NCBI GenBank assembly: GCA_030747485.1
Contig: JASLKP010000001.1
Span: forward strand, 137,971 to 201,970
DNA from: Candidatus Thalassarchaeaceae archaeon
Lineage (GTDB): Archaea > Thermoplasmatota > Poseidoniia > Poseidoniales > Thalassarchaeaceae
Length of the DNA: 64,000 bases
Direction: 5' to 3'
The notes beneath the pieces were generated by a model. It had not been told where the DNA came from, did not search any database, and saw only the letters and a program-made list of their open reading frames with translations. Position 1 is the stretch's first letter, and each line of letters opens with the position of its first letter. The translations under genes were made by a program, and so were the position numbers. Positions 42,632-54,906 of this stretch are shown here, piece by piece.

Positions 42632-43658
42632 CTGAATTCCCCCCATTCCTTGGGTTCCGCTCGACGTCCTTCAAGTTCATGGCTTGATGAGCCGATTGTT
42701 GGGCAATCAGAATGATGACTGCGATAATCATCAAGCCAAGCCATATTGAAATTGTGAGATGATCATTAGAGTGACTCAATGGAAGTTCTTCGTTTGATGA
42801 TTGATTAGTTGTTTCATCATCAACTGGCGGAGGTTCTACCGAAGGGACGGTGAGAGAAATTCGGTGCATTACGGGCCATTTCTTTCCAGTCACCCACAAT
42901 GATTGAGATTCAACATCCCAAGCAATTCCATTTAGAACCTCAGCACCAGTTGCATTTTCTGGCAACAATCCTGAAGCGTCTATTTGCATCACCACGACTC
43001 CATTTCCTGGGTCGATGACAACGATTTCATCAGTTTGATAGACATTGGCATAAATGAGGCCCTCGATACATTCCAATTCGTTCAAATTGTCAAGCGAGGT
43101 ACCATTTAGTGTAACGTTGATGTTGCCCATGATCTCAAACGTTGTATCATTTCTAAATGTCAGTTCATCACTGCCATTAGACATCACTAATTGATTCCCA
43201 ACGTGACACAATCCCCAACCCTCTCCATCATAGGAATGATTGCCCACCAATTCGAATGTATCAAACAAGTAGCGATATGCATGTCCAGAAGTCCAGGTCA
43301 ACATCACGACTTCATCGCCAACAAAGGCGATACCTTCTCCAAATTCAGTTTCATTCAAATTGATGCTGCGCAATACTTCACCATTATCTGGATTGATTTC
43401 TCGCAGGGTCGATTCACCTCGTAAGCCAGTCGATTCAAACAATCGGCCCTGGTGGAACGTCAACCCCTGAGTGTAAGCACCGGAATCATGTGGTATTGTT
43501 TCCTCAATGACGACAATCAATTGTTCGGGATGGACAACATTTTGCTCAGATTCCTCAGAAATGCTCATTTCAGGTAAAATTGAGAGGATTATGAGCAGAG
43601 ATAACCCCCATGCTGCGCCCCGATTCAACGCAGGAGCACTGATGCAGGGGGGAACCAT
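42621..43658 (-). CDS. Glutaminyl-peptide cyclotransferase (beta-propeller plant/bacterial type), secreted with a C-terminal TM anchor
   Basis: YTQGLTFHQGRLFESTGLRGESTLREINPDNGEVL...GEGIAFVGDEVVMLTW matches the Glu_cyclase_2 family pattern. It has an N-terminal signal and a C-terminal helix, ISIWLGLMIIAVIILIA. Confidence 0.75.
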   Translation of the reverse strand: MVPPCISAPALNRGAAWGLSLLIILSILPEMSISEESEQNVVHPEQLIVVIEETIPHDSGAYTQGLTFHQGRLFESTGLRGESTLREINPDNGEVLRSINLNETEFGEGIAFVGDEVVMLTWTSGHAYRYLFDTFELVGNHSYDGEGWGLCHVGNQLVMSNGSDELTFRNDTTFEIMGNINVTLNGTSLDNLNELECIEGLIYANVYQTDEIVVIDPGNGVVVMQIDASGLLPENATGAEVLNGIAWDVESQSLWVTGKKWPVMHRISLTVPSVEPPPVDDETTNQSSNEELPLSHSNDHLTISIWLGLMIIAVIILIAQQSAHQAMNLKDVERNPRNGGNSDGD

Positions 43659-43743
43659 GTACGAACAATGCTCCACCGTGAGTTAAATACCTCTTCGGAC
43701 CCAAGACTGCTCGGAACACATAGTGTTCCAGCAGGGTGGCCCC

Positions 43744-46700
43744 ATGCAAGCATACGAACAATCCCGATTGCGAATGCAAAGCCTGATGCTCACAATGGTG
43801 ATGATTCTAGGATTATTAGCACCAATGGTAGCCGCAGATGATGGGCAAAACGAGAACCAACCCACCGCTGTTGATCCGATTGTATATTCATTGGATGATT
43901 TCAATCCAGAAACGATGGGGAAAGCATATCTCATCGGGGAAGAACAATCATTGTACAGTGCAACTCGACACCTGAAACAACAATGGCAAGCCGATGATTA
44001 TCCACAACTCAGATTGCCATTTGAAGAGACCAGTGGACGCACAGCAGGACGCGCTTGTGAGAATGCGTGGACGACTGGGCAAGTGGGCGTCATCTCAACA
44101 ACAGGTGGCCAAATAACTGTGAGTGCAGCACATGTCACTACGAACTCTGTCATCTTGGTAGAGAGTGGGCAAACGGTATCATCAACCACACTGAACAATA
44201 TCGGTTCAACTTGGGAAACAACGATTTTCCCGACAACCACGAATTATTTTGGGACCCCACCTGACGTCGACAATAATTGTCAAGTTGAAATTGTCATCTA
44301 TGCAATCGACGGTGCATGGAATACCGGTGGATATTTCATGCCAAGTATGGCCGGTTCTCGTGAAGTGTTCTATGTCGATATCGATGACCTGTCTTGGCGC
44401 AATACCATTCTAGCACACGAATTCCAGCACCTTCTTCACAATGCCAGAGATCCATTTGAGTACATCTGGATTGACGAAGGGAATGCAGACATGGCCGTAT
44501 TCCTCTGTTTTGGACCATCTGACACCATCATCGGTCATGCCAATGCTTGGACACAAAATGCGAGTGCTTCTGTCCGTTGGTGGAATCAGAGGTTTGGTGA
44601 TTATGGTGCTGGATTAACATTCATGCTATTCCTTGCAGACAACCTTGGAGGTGGCTCTGCAATTCGTCAACTGGTTGCCGATTCACGCACTGGTGGCAAT
44701 GGCATCGTCCATCTTGCTCAAACACTTGGCCCAGGATCCACACCGATCGGACAAACGATGTCTGACATCTTTGCCAACTATTCAGCATCCATGTTACTGG
44801 ACCATGGAACTCAAGCTGAGTTCGGATTGGATAATATCGACATGTATGAAACATGCAATAGTAACACATTTTGCAGACTACAATTGTCTGGTTCAAATCT
44901 TAATTGGGCAGGAATGTGGCAAAGCGGTACTCAGGATATCGAAGGATGGGGTGTTCACGCATTCAGATTCAAGGATGGCACTGGTGCGCCGCTCAACATC
45001 ATGGTTCAACCAACAGAACTTGGATTTGAAGGTGCATTGCTCAAGCACGATGCAAATGCAGGAACATGGTCAATGGAAAGAATGCGATTCGACCCCATAA
45101 CAGGAATTGGGACGGGTCTCATTCCAAGTTTTGGAAATATTACTGACGATGTCTATCTATTAACATGGTATGAAAGTCAAGTCGATGACTGCGATTACAC
45201 TAGTCCGAACTGCAACTTCCCAGGTGGGACAACCTATCCGATTGCATCCTTGGATGTCTTTGCAGGCCTGATTACAGAACCTGCAACGATTACCATTCCG
45301 CCCCAGTCCACAATTACCGATGATCGTGACGGAGATACATTTGACGACACAGTGGAAGTCACATTTGAAGTCAATTCGACTGCATTCTATGAAGTACTTG
45401 ATGTAGAAATTGATGCCTACGTAAACAACTCACTGCATGATTCAATGAGCCTTTCTGTGGAAGCAGGGAATGGCATTGCGACATCTAACGTAGTTTGGTA
45501 TACACCGCCATGGGATGGGGACTGGACACTAATATTCAGGATGCGTAATCAAATTGGCGAACTCATCGATGAAACACTCACACTTCCAATCACACTCAAC
45601 AATATGATGCCAGAATCAGTTGGTAGTGCAGCATCAAACAATACACAAACATGGTTGGGATTGCAATTCTTTGGAGCCGGATACGACCTTTGGGGACTTG
45701 GCCTCACGAACAAGTCATTCACTCACAATGAAACACCAACAGGATACCTTTGGGACTTTGATGATGGAACTACTTCAGGCCTCAAAGACCCACTTCACGT
45801 ATGGCAGATTCCGGGGGAGTACAACGTATCCCTGCAAGTGATTGACCAAGGCGGAAGTTACAGTAATGCTGAGCATTGGCTCATTAATGTCTCAGACACC
45901 CAAACCCCCACCCCTTGGATTCACGTAGGGTCACCTCCTGTAGCGATTACCGACCCCTATGCATTGCTAACATCGCAACAAGTGATGTTCTCTGCTGCAC
46001 AAACAATTGACAATGTCCCACTAAATGAATTGCTCTTTACATGGGATTATGGGGATGGGACCTCTGAAAGTGGGAAGGGACTGTACACCGTTTCCCACGA
46101 TTGGGGCATTGGATCATCCAATGGCACCCCGTATACGTTGACACTCACTGTAAATGACGGGACACATGAAGCGAATGTATCTGTTACAATCCTCATTATG
46201 AATCGTGTTCCACGTCAAATTTGGTTCGATGATTTAGAGACTCATACGCTCACTCCATTGCTTCTTCCAAATGTGTTTACCGATGATGATGGAACAATTG
46301 TTTCGACTGAATGGTGGTTCGATGAAGATGTCAACCTGAACGGAGGTATTGTGACCATGGGGTCACCATTCAACATCAACATCAGTACTGATTCAAACCC
46401 CACACCTGCTTGGTCAACTCCTGGCATGAAGAGCGTCACTGTTTTCGCTACCGATGATGCTGGCGATACATCATTTATCACACTGCAAATTAATGTCCTC
46501 AATCAACTACCTGTAGCCATATACCCTCGCCCAGATGATGGGACGACAGCTACAGTGTACACATTCATGTCATCATCATTTGACCCGGATGGAAATTCAG
46601 GGAATCTGACACACAATTGGTCAATCACAGGCATTGAACAACCGATTACGAATAACGTCGTCACACATGTCTTTGAAGACCCTGGGCAATATACAATCAC

Positions 46701-47895
46701 ATTGATTGTGACCGATGAGCGAGGAGAAGTATCATTGCCGAAAAGTTACATCATCCACATCGAAAACCCCTTGCCTATACCTGTGATGACTGTGAGAGAA
46801 GCATGGTTGAATGATGAACCACTACTCGTTCCAGGACCAGATACCTCACAATATCAATGGCGACGTGGATTTACTGATAGTGGTGACATCTTTGTGGCAC
46901 CAGGTACAGTTCTACACTTCTCATCGAATGGTTCACGAGATGGTGATATCGCATTCCAAGGAATGGACAACCCAGATCAAAATGCCGCGGACTGGAATGG
47001 GATTGTAGACACCACATGGAATTGGGGGGATGCATCACCACCCACTCATGATACCGATGCATGGCACATCTTTGAACAACCTGGACTGTACACAGTCACC
47101 CTCATTGTGAGAGATGGTTACGGTACAGGAGATACCAATTTCACGACAATTAACGTCTGGGTATCAAGTGCACCAGTCATTACATCAGAATCCATTACAG
47201 ATGTTGATTTCGTCATTACAATGGAAATCAATGTATTTGTTGGGACTGCGGAAGATGCCGATTTGATTTCTGGAATCGATGCGTGGCGAGATGATGATCT
47301 CAATGTTGATTCAGATGGTGATCAAATTACAGACAACGATCGTGACACTGTTCTCAATTCGGATTTGACATTCTGGTGGGATTTAGATGATAGTGTGGAC
47401 AGTGACGAAAACGGGAACCTGCACGATGATTGGGTGACTAGCGATGTACGAGATGGACACGGTATTGACGCAAAATGGAATGAATCAGGTGTGGTCACGA
47501 TTCTGCTAAAGGTGTGTGACAATACAGGTGTTTGCACAATGCAGGCATACGAAGTGAGTGTACGCCCCCCTGATGAAGACCAAGATGGTGGAATCAGTGA
47601 CCTTTCAATCTCAGATCTATTGCCTTCATCTGATTCCGGTAGCCTATACATCATGATTCTCATTGTCCTTGTATTGACACTTGGATGGCTCGTGATGCGT
47701 CAACCGGATGAGGTTGAAGTCGAAGCTGAGGAAGCAGCTAGTACGTATGATGTTGCAGAAGTTCACACTGAAGGTGGCATCTTAGGAATGGATCAGCATA
47801 CACCTCCACCAAAACCCAAGCATCTGACGAAAGATGATCGGCGCAGTAAGGCATCTGGTTATGTTCGTCCAGTGACCAGCAGGCGTCGCAGGTAG
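43744..47895 (+). CDS. Large secreted gluzincin-type zinc metalloprotease with multiple PKD domains and a C-terminal TM anchor
   Basis: HEFQHLLH...YIWIDEGNA fits HExxH plus a downstream WxxEG Glu, as in MA-clan gluzincins. Repeated PKD signatures include WDFDDGTTSGLKDPLHVWQIPGEYNVSLQVIDQGG, WDYGDGTSE and WNWGDASP. The TM helix is LYIMILIVLVLTLGWLV with a basic tail. Confidence 0.75.
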   Translation: MQAYEQSRLRMQSLMLTMVMILGLLAPMVAADDGQNENQPTAVDPIVYSLDDFNPETMGKAYLIGEEQSLYSATRHLKQQWQADDYPQLRLPFEETSGRTAGRACENAWTTGQVGVISTTGGQITVSAAHVTTNSVILVESGQTVSSTTLNNIGSTWETTIFPTTTNYFGTPPDVDNNCQVEIVIYAIDGAWNTGGYFMPSMAGSREVFYVDIDDLSWRNTILAHEFQHLLHNARDPFEYIWIDEGNADMAVFLCFGPSDTIIGHANAWTQNASASVRWWNQRFGDYGAGLTFMLFLADNLGGGSAIRQLVADSRTGGNGIVHLAQTLGPGSTPIGQTMSDIFANYSASMLLDHGTQAEFGLDNIDMYETCNSNTFCRLQLSGSNLNWAGMWQSGTQDIEGWGVHAFRFKDGTGAPLNIMVQPTELGFEGALLKHDANAGTWSMERMRFDPITGIGTGLIPSFGNITDDVYLLTWYESQVDDCDYTSPNCNFPGGTTYPIASLDVFAGLITEPATITIPPQSTITDDRDGDTFDDTVEVTFEVNSTAFYEVLDVEIDAYVNNSLHDSMSLSVEAGNGIATSNVVWYTPPWDGDWTLIFRMRNQIGELIDETLTLPITLNNMMPESVGSAASNNTQTWLGLQFFGAGYDLWGLGLTNKSFTHNETPTGYLWDFDDGTTSGLKDPLHVWQIPGEYNVSLQVIDQGGSYSNAEHWLINVSDTQTPTPWIHVGSPPVAITDPYALLTSQQVMFSAAQTIDNVPLNELLFTWDYGDGTSESGKGLYTVSHDWGIGSSNGTPYTLTLTVNDGTHEANVSVTILIMNRVPRQIWFDDLETHTLTPLLLPNVFTDDDGTIVSTEWWFDEDVNLNGGIVTMGSPFNINISTDSNPTPAWSTPGMKSVTVFATDDAGDTSFITLQINVLNQLPVAIYPRPDDGTTATVYTFMSSSFDPDGNSGNLTHNWSITGIEQPITNNVVTHVFEDPGQYTITLIVTDERGEVSLPKSYIIHIENPLPIPVMTVREAWLNDEPLLVPGPDTSQYQWRRGFTDSGDIFVAPGTVLHFSSNGSRDGDIAFQGMDNPDQNAADWNGIVDTTWNWGDASPPTHDTDAWHIFEQPGLYTVTLIVRDGYGTGDTNFTTINVWVSSAPVITSESITDVDFVITMEINVFVGTAEDADLISGIDAWRDDDLNVDSDGDQITDNDRDTVLNSDLTFWWDLDDSVDSDENGNLHDDWVTSDVRDGHGIDAKWNESGVVTILLKVCDNTGVCTMQAYEVSVRPPDEDQDGGISDLSISDLLPSSDSGSLYIMILIVLVLTLGWLVMRQPDEVEVEAEEAASTYDVAEVHTEGGILGMDQHTPPPKPKHLTKDDRRSKASGYVRPVTSRRRR

Positions 47896-47903
47896 GCGAT
47901 TAG

Positions 47904-48881
47904 ATGAACGCAATTGTGCGACGGAAACGTGTCGTTGTGGCAGTCACAATGTTGTTGTTACTCCCGATGTTGACTGTGTTTTCTCAATCGATTGGATTGG
48001 ACATTGTACCACAGGCTAGTGCTGCTTCTGATTGTAAATTGGATGGAGATGTTGCTCCAGCATGGAATGTAACTGTAGAGAAAGAAGTGCTTTCTGGCGG
48101 TGGATATTGGGGGCACGAAGATTGGGGAGATGATGATGAATTTAATCGACAAAATAATCTTCAAAGTTTACAAGATTCATTCCATACATCGATTTTGATG
48201 GAAAATGATTCTGCAGTAGGACTCAGAATGAATATGACTACGGGATACAAATACACATTCTGTGTGAATTTCCAACCAGTCTCAGGAGAACCAAATCAAA
48301 ATGTGCCAATTGCAGATGTCTACCTCATTCAAGAATATGACCACACAATGTACGTCACAGATTTTGATACAAGACACAACGACATGGAAGGGTTCCGTGA
48401 AGACATTGCTCATTCAGCGCCTTGGATTCAAAATGCATTATTGTGGCATCCATTCCGTGACGTTCATGCCTATGAGGGTGTGGATGAAGTCGAGTTCGCC
48501 GTCGCTCTGGATCACGAAGAAGCATCATGGGATTTATGGTCAAACGAGAAATCTCCTCGGACGATGTACCTGTACATTGATGCATGGAATAACATCAGAG
48601 ATTACGACACTGGTGCACCTAACCGTAATTTTACTGTGGATGTAACCGTCATGATTGAAGAACGATTTTCACTTCCAAATTGGACAGTAGCAATTGTTTG
48701 TTGCGGGAGTTTAATGGGGATTTTAGCCGCTCCATTCCTTGTCCATGTGAAATACATGAAGGCAGGGGCGCCTGAAAATGAAACTTCGACGTTGATGAGG
48801 CACTTGGAAACTGAGGCCGAGCAAGGTGTTGCACAAATCGCACCATCTGGCCTAAATTCTGAGCCACCGCCACAAACATGA
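47904..48881 (+). CDS. Hypothetical extracytoplasmic protein with an N-terminal signal and a C-terminal TM anchor
   Basis: 325-aa ORF. The N-terminus is MNAIVRRKRVVVAVTMLLLLPML and the C-terminal helix is WTVAIVCCGSLMGILAAPFLV. I recognise no motif. Confidence 0.55.
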   Translation: MNAIVRRKRVVVAVTMLLLLPMLTVFSQSIGLDIVPQASAASDCKLDGDVAPAWNVTVEKEVLSGGGYWGHEDWGDDDEFNRQNNLQSLQDSFHTSILMENDSAVGLRMNMTTGYKYTFCVNFQPVSGEPNQNVPIADVYLIQEYDHTMYVTDFDTRHNDMEGFREDIAHSAPWIQNALLWHPFRDVHAYEGVDEVEFAVALDHEEASWDLWSNEKSPRTMYLYIDAWNNIRDYDTGAPNRNFTVDVTVMIEERFSLPNWTVAIVCCGSLMGILAAPFLVHVKYMKAGAPENETSTLMRHLETEAEQGVAQIAPSGLNSEPPPQT

Positions 48882-48883
48882 AA

Positions 48884-49681
48884 TCACTCATATTCGAGTA
48901 ATCGCCATGCTGTCTTCAAGTCGTTGATGTTAACCAATCCACGCTGGAAAAGTGAGTAGTCACGTTCCAATGTAGTAAACACAAGTGGTTGACCGAGTAA
49001 GGGTGCGTGAAGTCTTGTCCAGTCCCCCCCTGGACCCAATCCCATGAGGGCAGCAGATACATCTGAATCATTCAATTCGCTAGCGGCCTCAAACACACTG
49101 AGACTTGAGGCATGAGTAACATCAACATAGCAACATTTCACGATTGTACCATCAGTAGAATGAGCATTGACATGCTCGCAAATTTCATCAACGGAAGTGG
49201 GTGCAGGAAGATGGCTAGATGCGATGATTTGAGTTTCATTTCCACATGCATCAACCAACTCTTTTCGCTGTTTGGACTTCATACTTATTTCCAAATCAAT
49301 CCAAGATACTTCGCTCTTTACAGCTGCCGCTAAAACTGTGACACGCTTCGATTCTGAGGCATGGAAATATCCACCCTCATCCTTGGATCTACAGGTGAAG
49401 ATAACAGGTATTTTGATTCCATCTTTGAGCGATACGATAGAAGACTCAATGTCAACTTGATCAAAATCCTTATTCTCAATAATGGGGGGTTGCTTCTCAA
49501 TTTCCTCATCGCCTTTGCTATTGGTGGAGACAATCGGGTCGACTTCGATTCGATTGACATAGAGGTTGTCAAACCTAACTTCGACTAAATCAGCGCCAGC
49601 TGCTGTCGCCCGACTAGCGTCCCGAATCATTTCCTCTATGGAGTGCCCGCGCAAGGTCACGCAGATTTGAGGAAGGGTCAT
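48884..49681 (-). CDS. aroD: Type I 3-dehydroquinate dehydratase
   Basis: ICVTLRGHSIEEMIRDA...AGADLVEVRFDNL is typical of AroD type I. An acidic insertion of about 40 aa follows this motif. Confidence 0.75.
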   Translation of the reverse strand: MTLPQICVTLRGHSIEEMIRDASRATAAGADLVEVRFDNLYVNRIEVDPIVSTNSKGDEEIEKQPPIIENKDFDQVDIESSIVSLKDGIKIPVIFTCRSKDEGGYFHASESKRVTVLAAAVKSEVSWIDLEISMKSKQRKELVDACGNETQIIASSHLPAPTSVDEICEHVNAHSTDGTIVKCCYVDVTHASSLSVFEAASELNDSDVSAALMGLGPGGDWTRLHAPLLGQPLVFTTLERDYSLFQRGLVNINDLKTAWRLLEYE

Positions 49682-49908
49682 CGAGGGCCGCGACCGACAA
49701 CACCTGTTTAATCGTATTGCGAGGGGTTAGACGGACATCGTGAATCCATGAGCCCTCGCCAATTGAAAATTATTATTCAATTATTTAGATTGAAATGGCT
49801 AGATAGTGTACGTTTTCAGAGACCCCGATTTACTGCATTTATCGACGCTTTTCAGCCAGTTCAAACGAATCATTCAATAACCCCAAGCGTTCACATTGAA
49901 ACAAGTGC

Positions 49909-51970
<2,062 letters not shown>

Positions 51971-51986
51971 TGATTGAGGTGAAAAA

Positions 51987-54764
51987 ATGAGTGAAGAAGA
52001 ATCCACATCAAATCCCACCGATAATCAGGTGCGCCATACAATCGATGACGAAATGCGAACATCGTATGGTAATTATGCCATGCAGGTCATTCTTGGCCGT
52101 GCCCTCCCCGATGTTCGAGATGGGCTGAAGCCAGTCCACCGACGAGTATTGTTTGGAATGCACGAAGCAGGTCATACTGCAGACAGGTCTTACTCCAAAT
52201 CAGCACGTTCAGTCGGTGAAGTCATGGGTAAATATCACCCTCACGGTGATGCTTCAATTTATGATACAATGGTGCGAATGGCGCAAGATTTCAGCCTCAG
52301 ATATCCATTGGTAGATGGGCAAGGAAATTTCGGTAGTATCGATGGTGACCCGCCTGCAGCCATGCGATATACTGAGAGTCGACTCGACCGGCTCGCAGGA
52401 CATATGCTTGAAGACATCAAGAAAAATACCGTTGACTTCCAACCGAATTTTGATGATTCAGAACAGGAACCTGAAGTCCTCCCTGCAAGACTACCCAACT
52501 TATTGTTGAATGGCAGCGATGGAATTGCAGTTGGGATGGCCACAAAAATCCCACCACATAATCTCAATGAAGTTGTAGATGCAATTAATCTCCATGTTGA
52601 ACGGATTCTAGAAGAAGGTGATGAAAATAAGAATCCCGATAGTGCACCAAATGTCAATGTCAGTGAATATATGGAACACATAAAGGGTCCAGATTTCCCC
52701 ACTGGTGCAACGATTCACGGAATTGACGGTATCATTGACATGTATGAAACTGGACACGGCAGATTCCATGTCCGCTCACAATGTGAAGTGTACGACGATT
52801 CAAATGGTAAGCGGATTATCATCACCGAAATTCCATGGCAAGTAAAGAAAGCCGCAATGCTAGAGAGTATTGCCGAAATGGTGAGTAAAGAAACGGTCAA
52901 GGGTATCCGTGATATTCGTGATGAATCGAGTAAAGATGTGCGAGTTGTTATCGAAATAAAGCAAAATGCAGATCCACATGCAGTGCTAAATCAATTGTTC
53001 AAATCTAGTAGACTCCAGGAATCATATTCTGCTAACATGATGGGGATTATCAATCATGAACCCGTATTACTGACACTCTCCAATATCATCCATACATACG
53101 TTCGACACCGCGAAAATGTCATTCAACGAAGAACACAATTTAATCTCGCTAAAGCAGAAGCTAGAGCACACATCCTAGAAGGATTGGTCAGAATGTCATC
53201 TCGTGTAGATGATGTTGTAACTGCCGGTAAAGGAAGCGATAGTAGGGAGCAATTTGAACAAATTCTCAGAGGTGAAATTAAATTTGAAAAATTGGCCAAA
53301 TTTGACTTCAGTGAACCACAAGCCAAGGCCATTGCAGAACGCAGACTATACCAATTAAGTCGCTTGGATACGAAAAAGGTCGAAGATGAACATAACGAAC
53401 TACAAATTTCGATTACTGAATACAAATCCATTTTGAGTAGCCGAAGGCGTCAGCTTGAAATCCTCATCGAAGAACTAAATGAAATGGTGGAAAAACATGG
53501 AGATGCACGTCGAACAGGCATTGACCCAATGCCTCTCTCAATGGATCGAGAAGATTTGGTTGAAGAGAGAGCGATTGTCATATCATTGTCTGAAGACAAT
53601 TACATTCGCCACCTACCTGTTGAGGTATTTAGAGTTCAGAACCGTGGAGGAAAGGGACTGAAAGGTGTAGCAACAAAGGATGAAGACTTCCCCAAATCAA
53701 TTCTAACATGCTTTAGTAAAGACAGATTACTCATCTTCACAGATCAAGGTCGCGTCTATGGACTCAAGGCATGGGAAACACCGCAAGGAAGCAGACACAG
53801 TAGAGGCAGTCACATCCGCAACCTATTGGAAGGACTTCGTGAAGATGAGAAGGTCGTCACAATCCTACCTATCTCAAAAGAAGTCCAAGAAAGTCCCGAG
53901 GGGCATTATCTCATATTTGCTACACACGAAGGTGTCGTAAAGAGATCCAAACTTGCCGATTATACTCGTATTAATCGAAATGGGAAATATGCTCTGAAAT
54001 TCAAGACTGAGACAGATACATTAGTTGCAGTTCGTGAAGCGACAGATGATGACCACGTTGTACTCGTATCCAAAAATGGAAGAGCATGTCGATTCATGCC
54101 TAGTGAAACAAAGGAGAATGCTGATGGCACAATTGGATTCACAGTGAAGGTACAAGGTCGAGTCACAGCAGGTGTCCGTGGAATGCGCCTCAAAGATGGC
54201 GATGCAGTTGTCGGCATGATTGCTACTTCCAATGAAGAAACTCATGTCCTCACCCTTTCCAAATTCGGTATGGCCAAGCGCAGTCGCCTCGGCGATGGTG
54301 CAATGCACGATGTTCTCGATGAAAATGGAGAGAATGTGTGGGATGACCGAGCTGGGAAAAACAAGCAAGAAAGAGACGGGTATCGCAAAACCAGTCGAGG
54401 AGCAGGTGGCGTGACTACAATGAAACTTGATGATGAACACGGCGATGAAATTGTTCGAGTACACACTATTCCCGATCTTGATGACCAATTGTTCCTACTC
54501 ACAGGTACTGGAATGATGATACGAGTTCGAGCCAATCAAACCAAAGAAACGACTGGGAAGGCTACGAAGGGGACTCGTGTAATGGAATTGAGAGACAAAG
54601 ACAAGGGTGGCTTTGTGGACGAGATTATTTTCTCAGCACGATTACCTGCAGTTCTTGTCGATGAAGAAGATGATTTTGATGCCATGGATACCAATCAAGA
54701 TGGTGTAATCGATCGTGAAGAGTTTGAAGCCGCGCAACAAAATGCGACTGATGATGAAGAGTGA
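51987..54764 (+). CDS. gyrA: DNA gyrase subunit A (with an acidic EF-hand-like C-terminal tail)
   Basis: Carries [33 protein letters not shown] and the catalytic AMRYTE motif, followed by GyrA C-terminal beta-pinwheel repeats. GAGGTGA lies 6 nt upstream of the ATG. Confidence 0.95.
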   Translation: MSEEESTSNPTDNQVRHTIDDEMRTSYGNYAMQVILGRALPDVRDGLKPVHRRVLFGMHEAGHTADRSYSKSARSVGEVMGKYHPHGDASIYDTMVRMAQDFSLRYPLVDGQGNFGSIDGDPPAAMRYTESRLDRLAGHMLEDIKKNTVDFQPNFDDSEQEPEVLPARLPNLLLNGSDGIAVGMATKIPPHNLNEVVDAINLHVERILEEGDENKNPDSAPNVNVSEYMEHIKGPDFPTGATIHGIDGIIDMYETGHGRFHVRSQCEVYDDSNGKRIIITEIPWQVKKAAMLESIAEMVSKETVKGIRDIRDESSKDVRVVIEIKQNADPHAVLNQLFKSSRLQESYSANMMGIINHEPVLLTLSNIIHTYVRHRENVIQRRTQFNLAKAEARAHILEGLVRMSSRVDDVVTAGKGSDSREQFEQILRGEIKFEKLAKFDFSEPQAKAIAERRLYQLSRLDTKKVEDEHNELQISITEYKSILSSRRRQLEILIEELNEMVEKHGDARRTGIDPMPLSMDREDLVEERAIVISLSEDNYIRHLPVEVFRVQNRGGKGLKGVATKDEDFPKSILTCFSKDRLLIFTDQGRVYGLKAWETPQGSRHSRGSHIRNLLEGLREDEKVVTILPISKEVQESPEGHYLIFATHEGVVKRSKLADYTRINRNGKYALKFKTETDTLVAVREATDDDHVVLVSKNGRACRFMPSETKENADGTIGFTVKVQGRVTAGVRGMRLKDGDAVVGMIATSNEETHVLTLSKFGMAKRSRLGDGAMHDVLDENGENVWDDRAGKNKQERDGYRKTSRGAGGVTTMKLDDEHGDEIVRVHTIPDLDDQLFLLTGTGMMIRVRANQTKETTGKATKGTRVMELRDKDKGGFVDEIIFSARLPAVLVDEEDDFDAMDTNQDGVIDREEFEAAQQNATDDEE

Positions 54765-54779
54765 TTGGTTAGCGAAATG

Positions 54780-54866
54780 TGGCGCGGCGTGGGAGATTTG
54801 AACTCCCGAGGGTAGAACCCACTGGATTAGCAATCCAGCGCGATGGCCAGGCTATGCGAACGCCGC
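54780..54866 (-). tRNA. tRNA-Ser (anticodon GCU), CCA encoded
   Basis: I folded the reverse complement by hand. The acceptor stem is GCGGCGT/ACGCCGC and the anticodon arm is CTGGA-TTGCTAA-TCCAG. The long variable arm is TGGGTTCTACCCTC and the T-arm is GGGAG-TTCAAAT-CTCCC. The discriminator is G, followed by CCA. Confidence 0.9.
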
Positions 54867-54906
54867 AGGATTTCGGCCACCAGAGATTATGATTTAAGAC
54901 AAATGG

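Noticed and set aside
43683-43934. An 83-aa minus-strand ORF and a 69-aa ORF (43570..43779) at the divergent QC/protease junction
   Set aside because: Both overlap the 5' ends of well-supported genes, are Cys/Ser/Arg-rich, and carry no motif.
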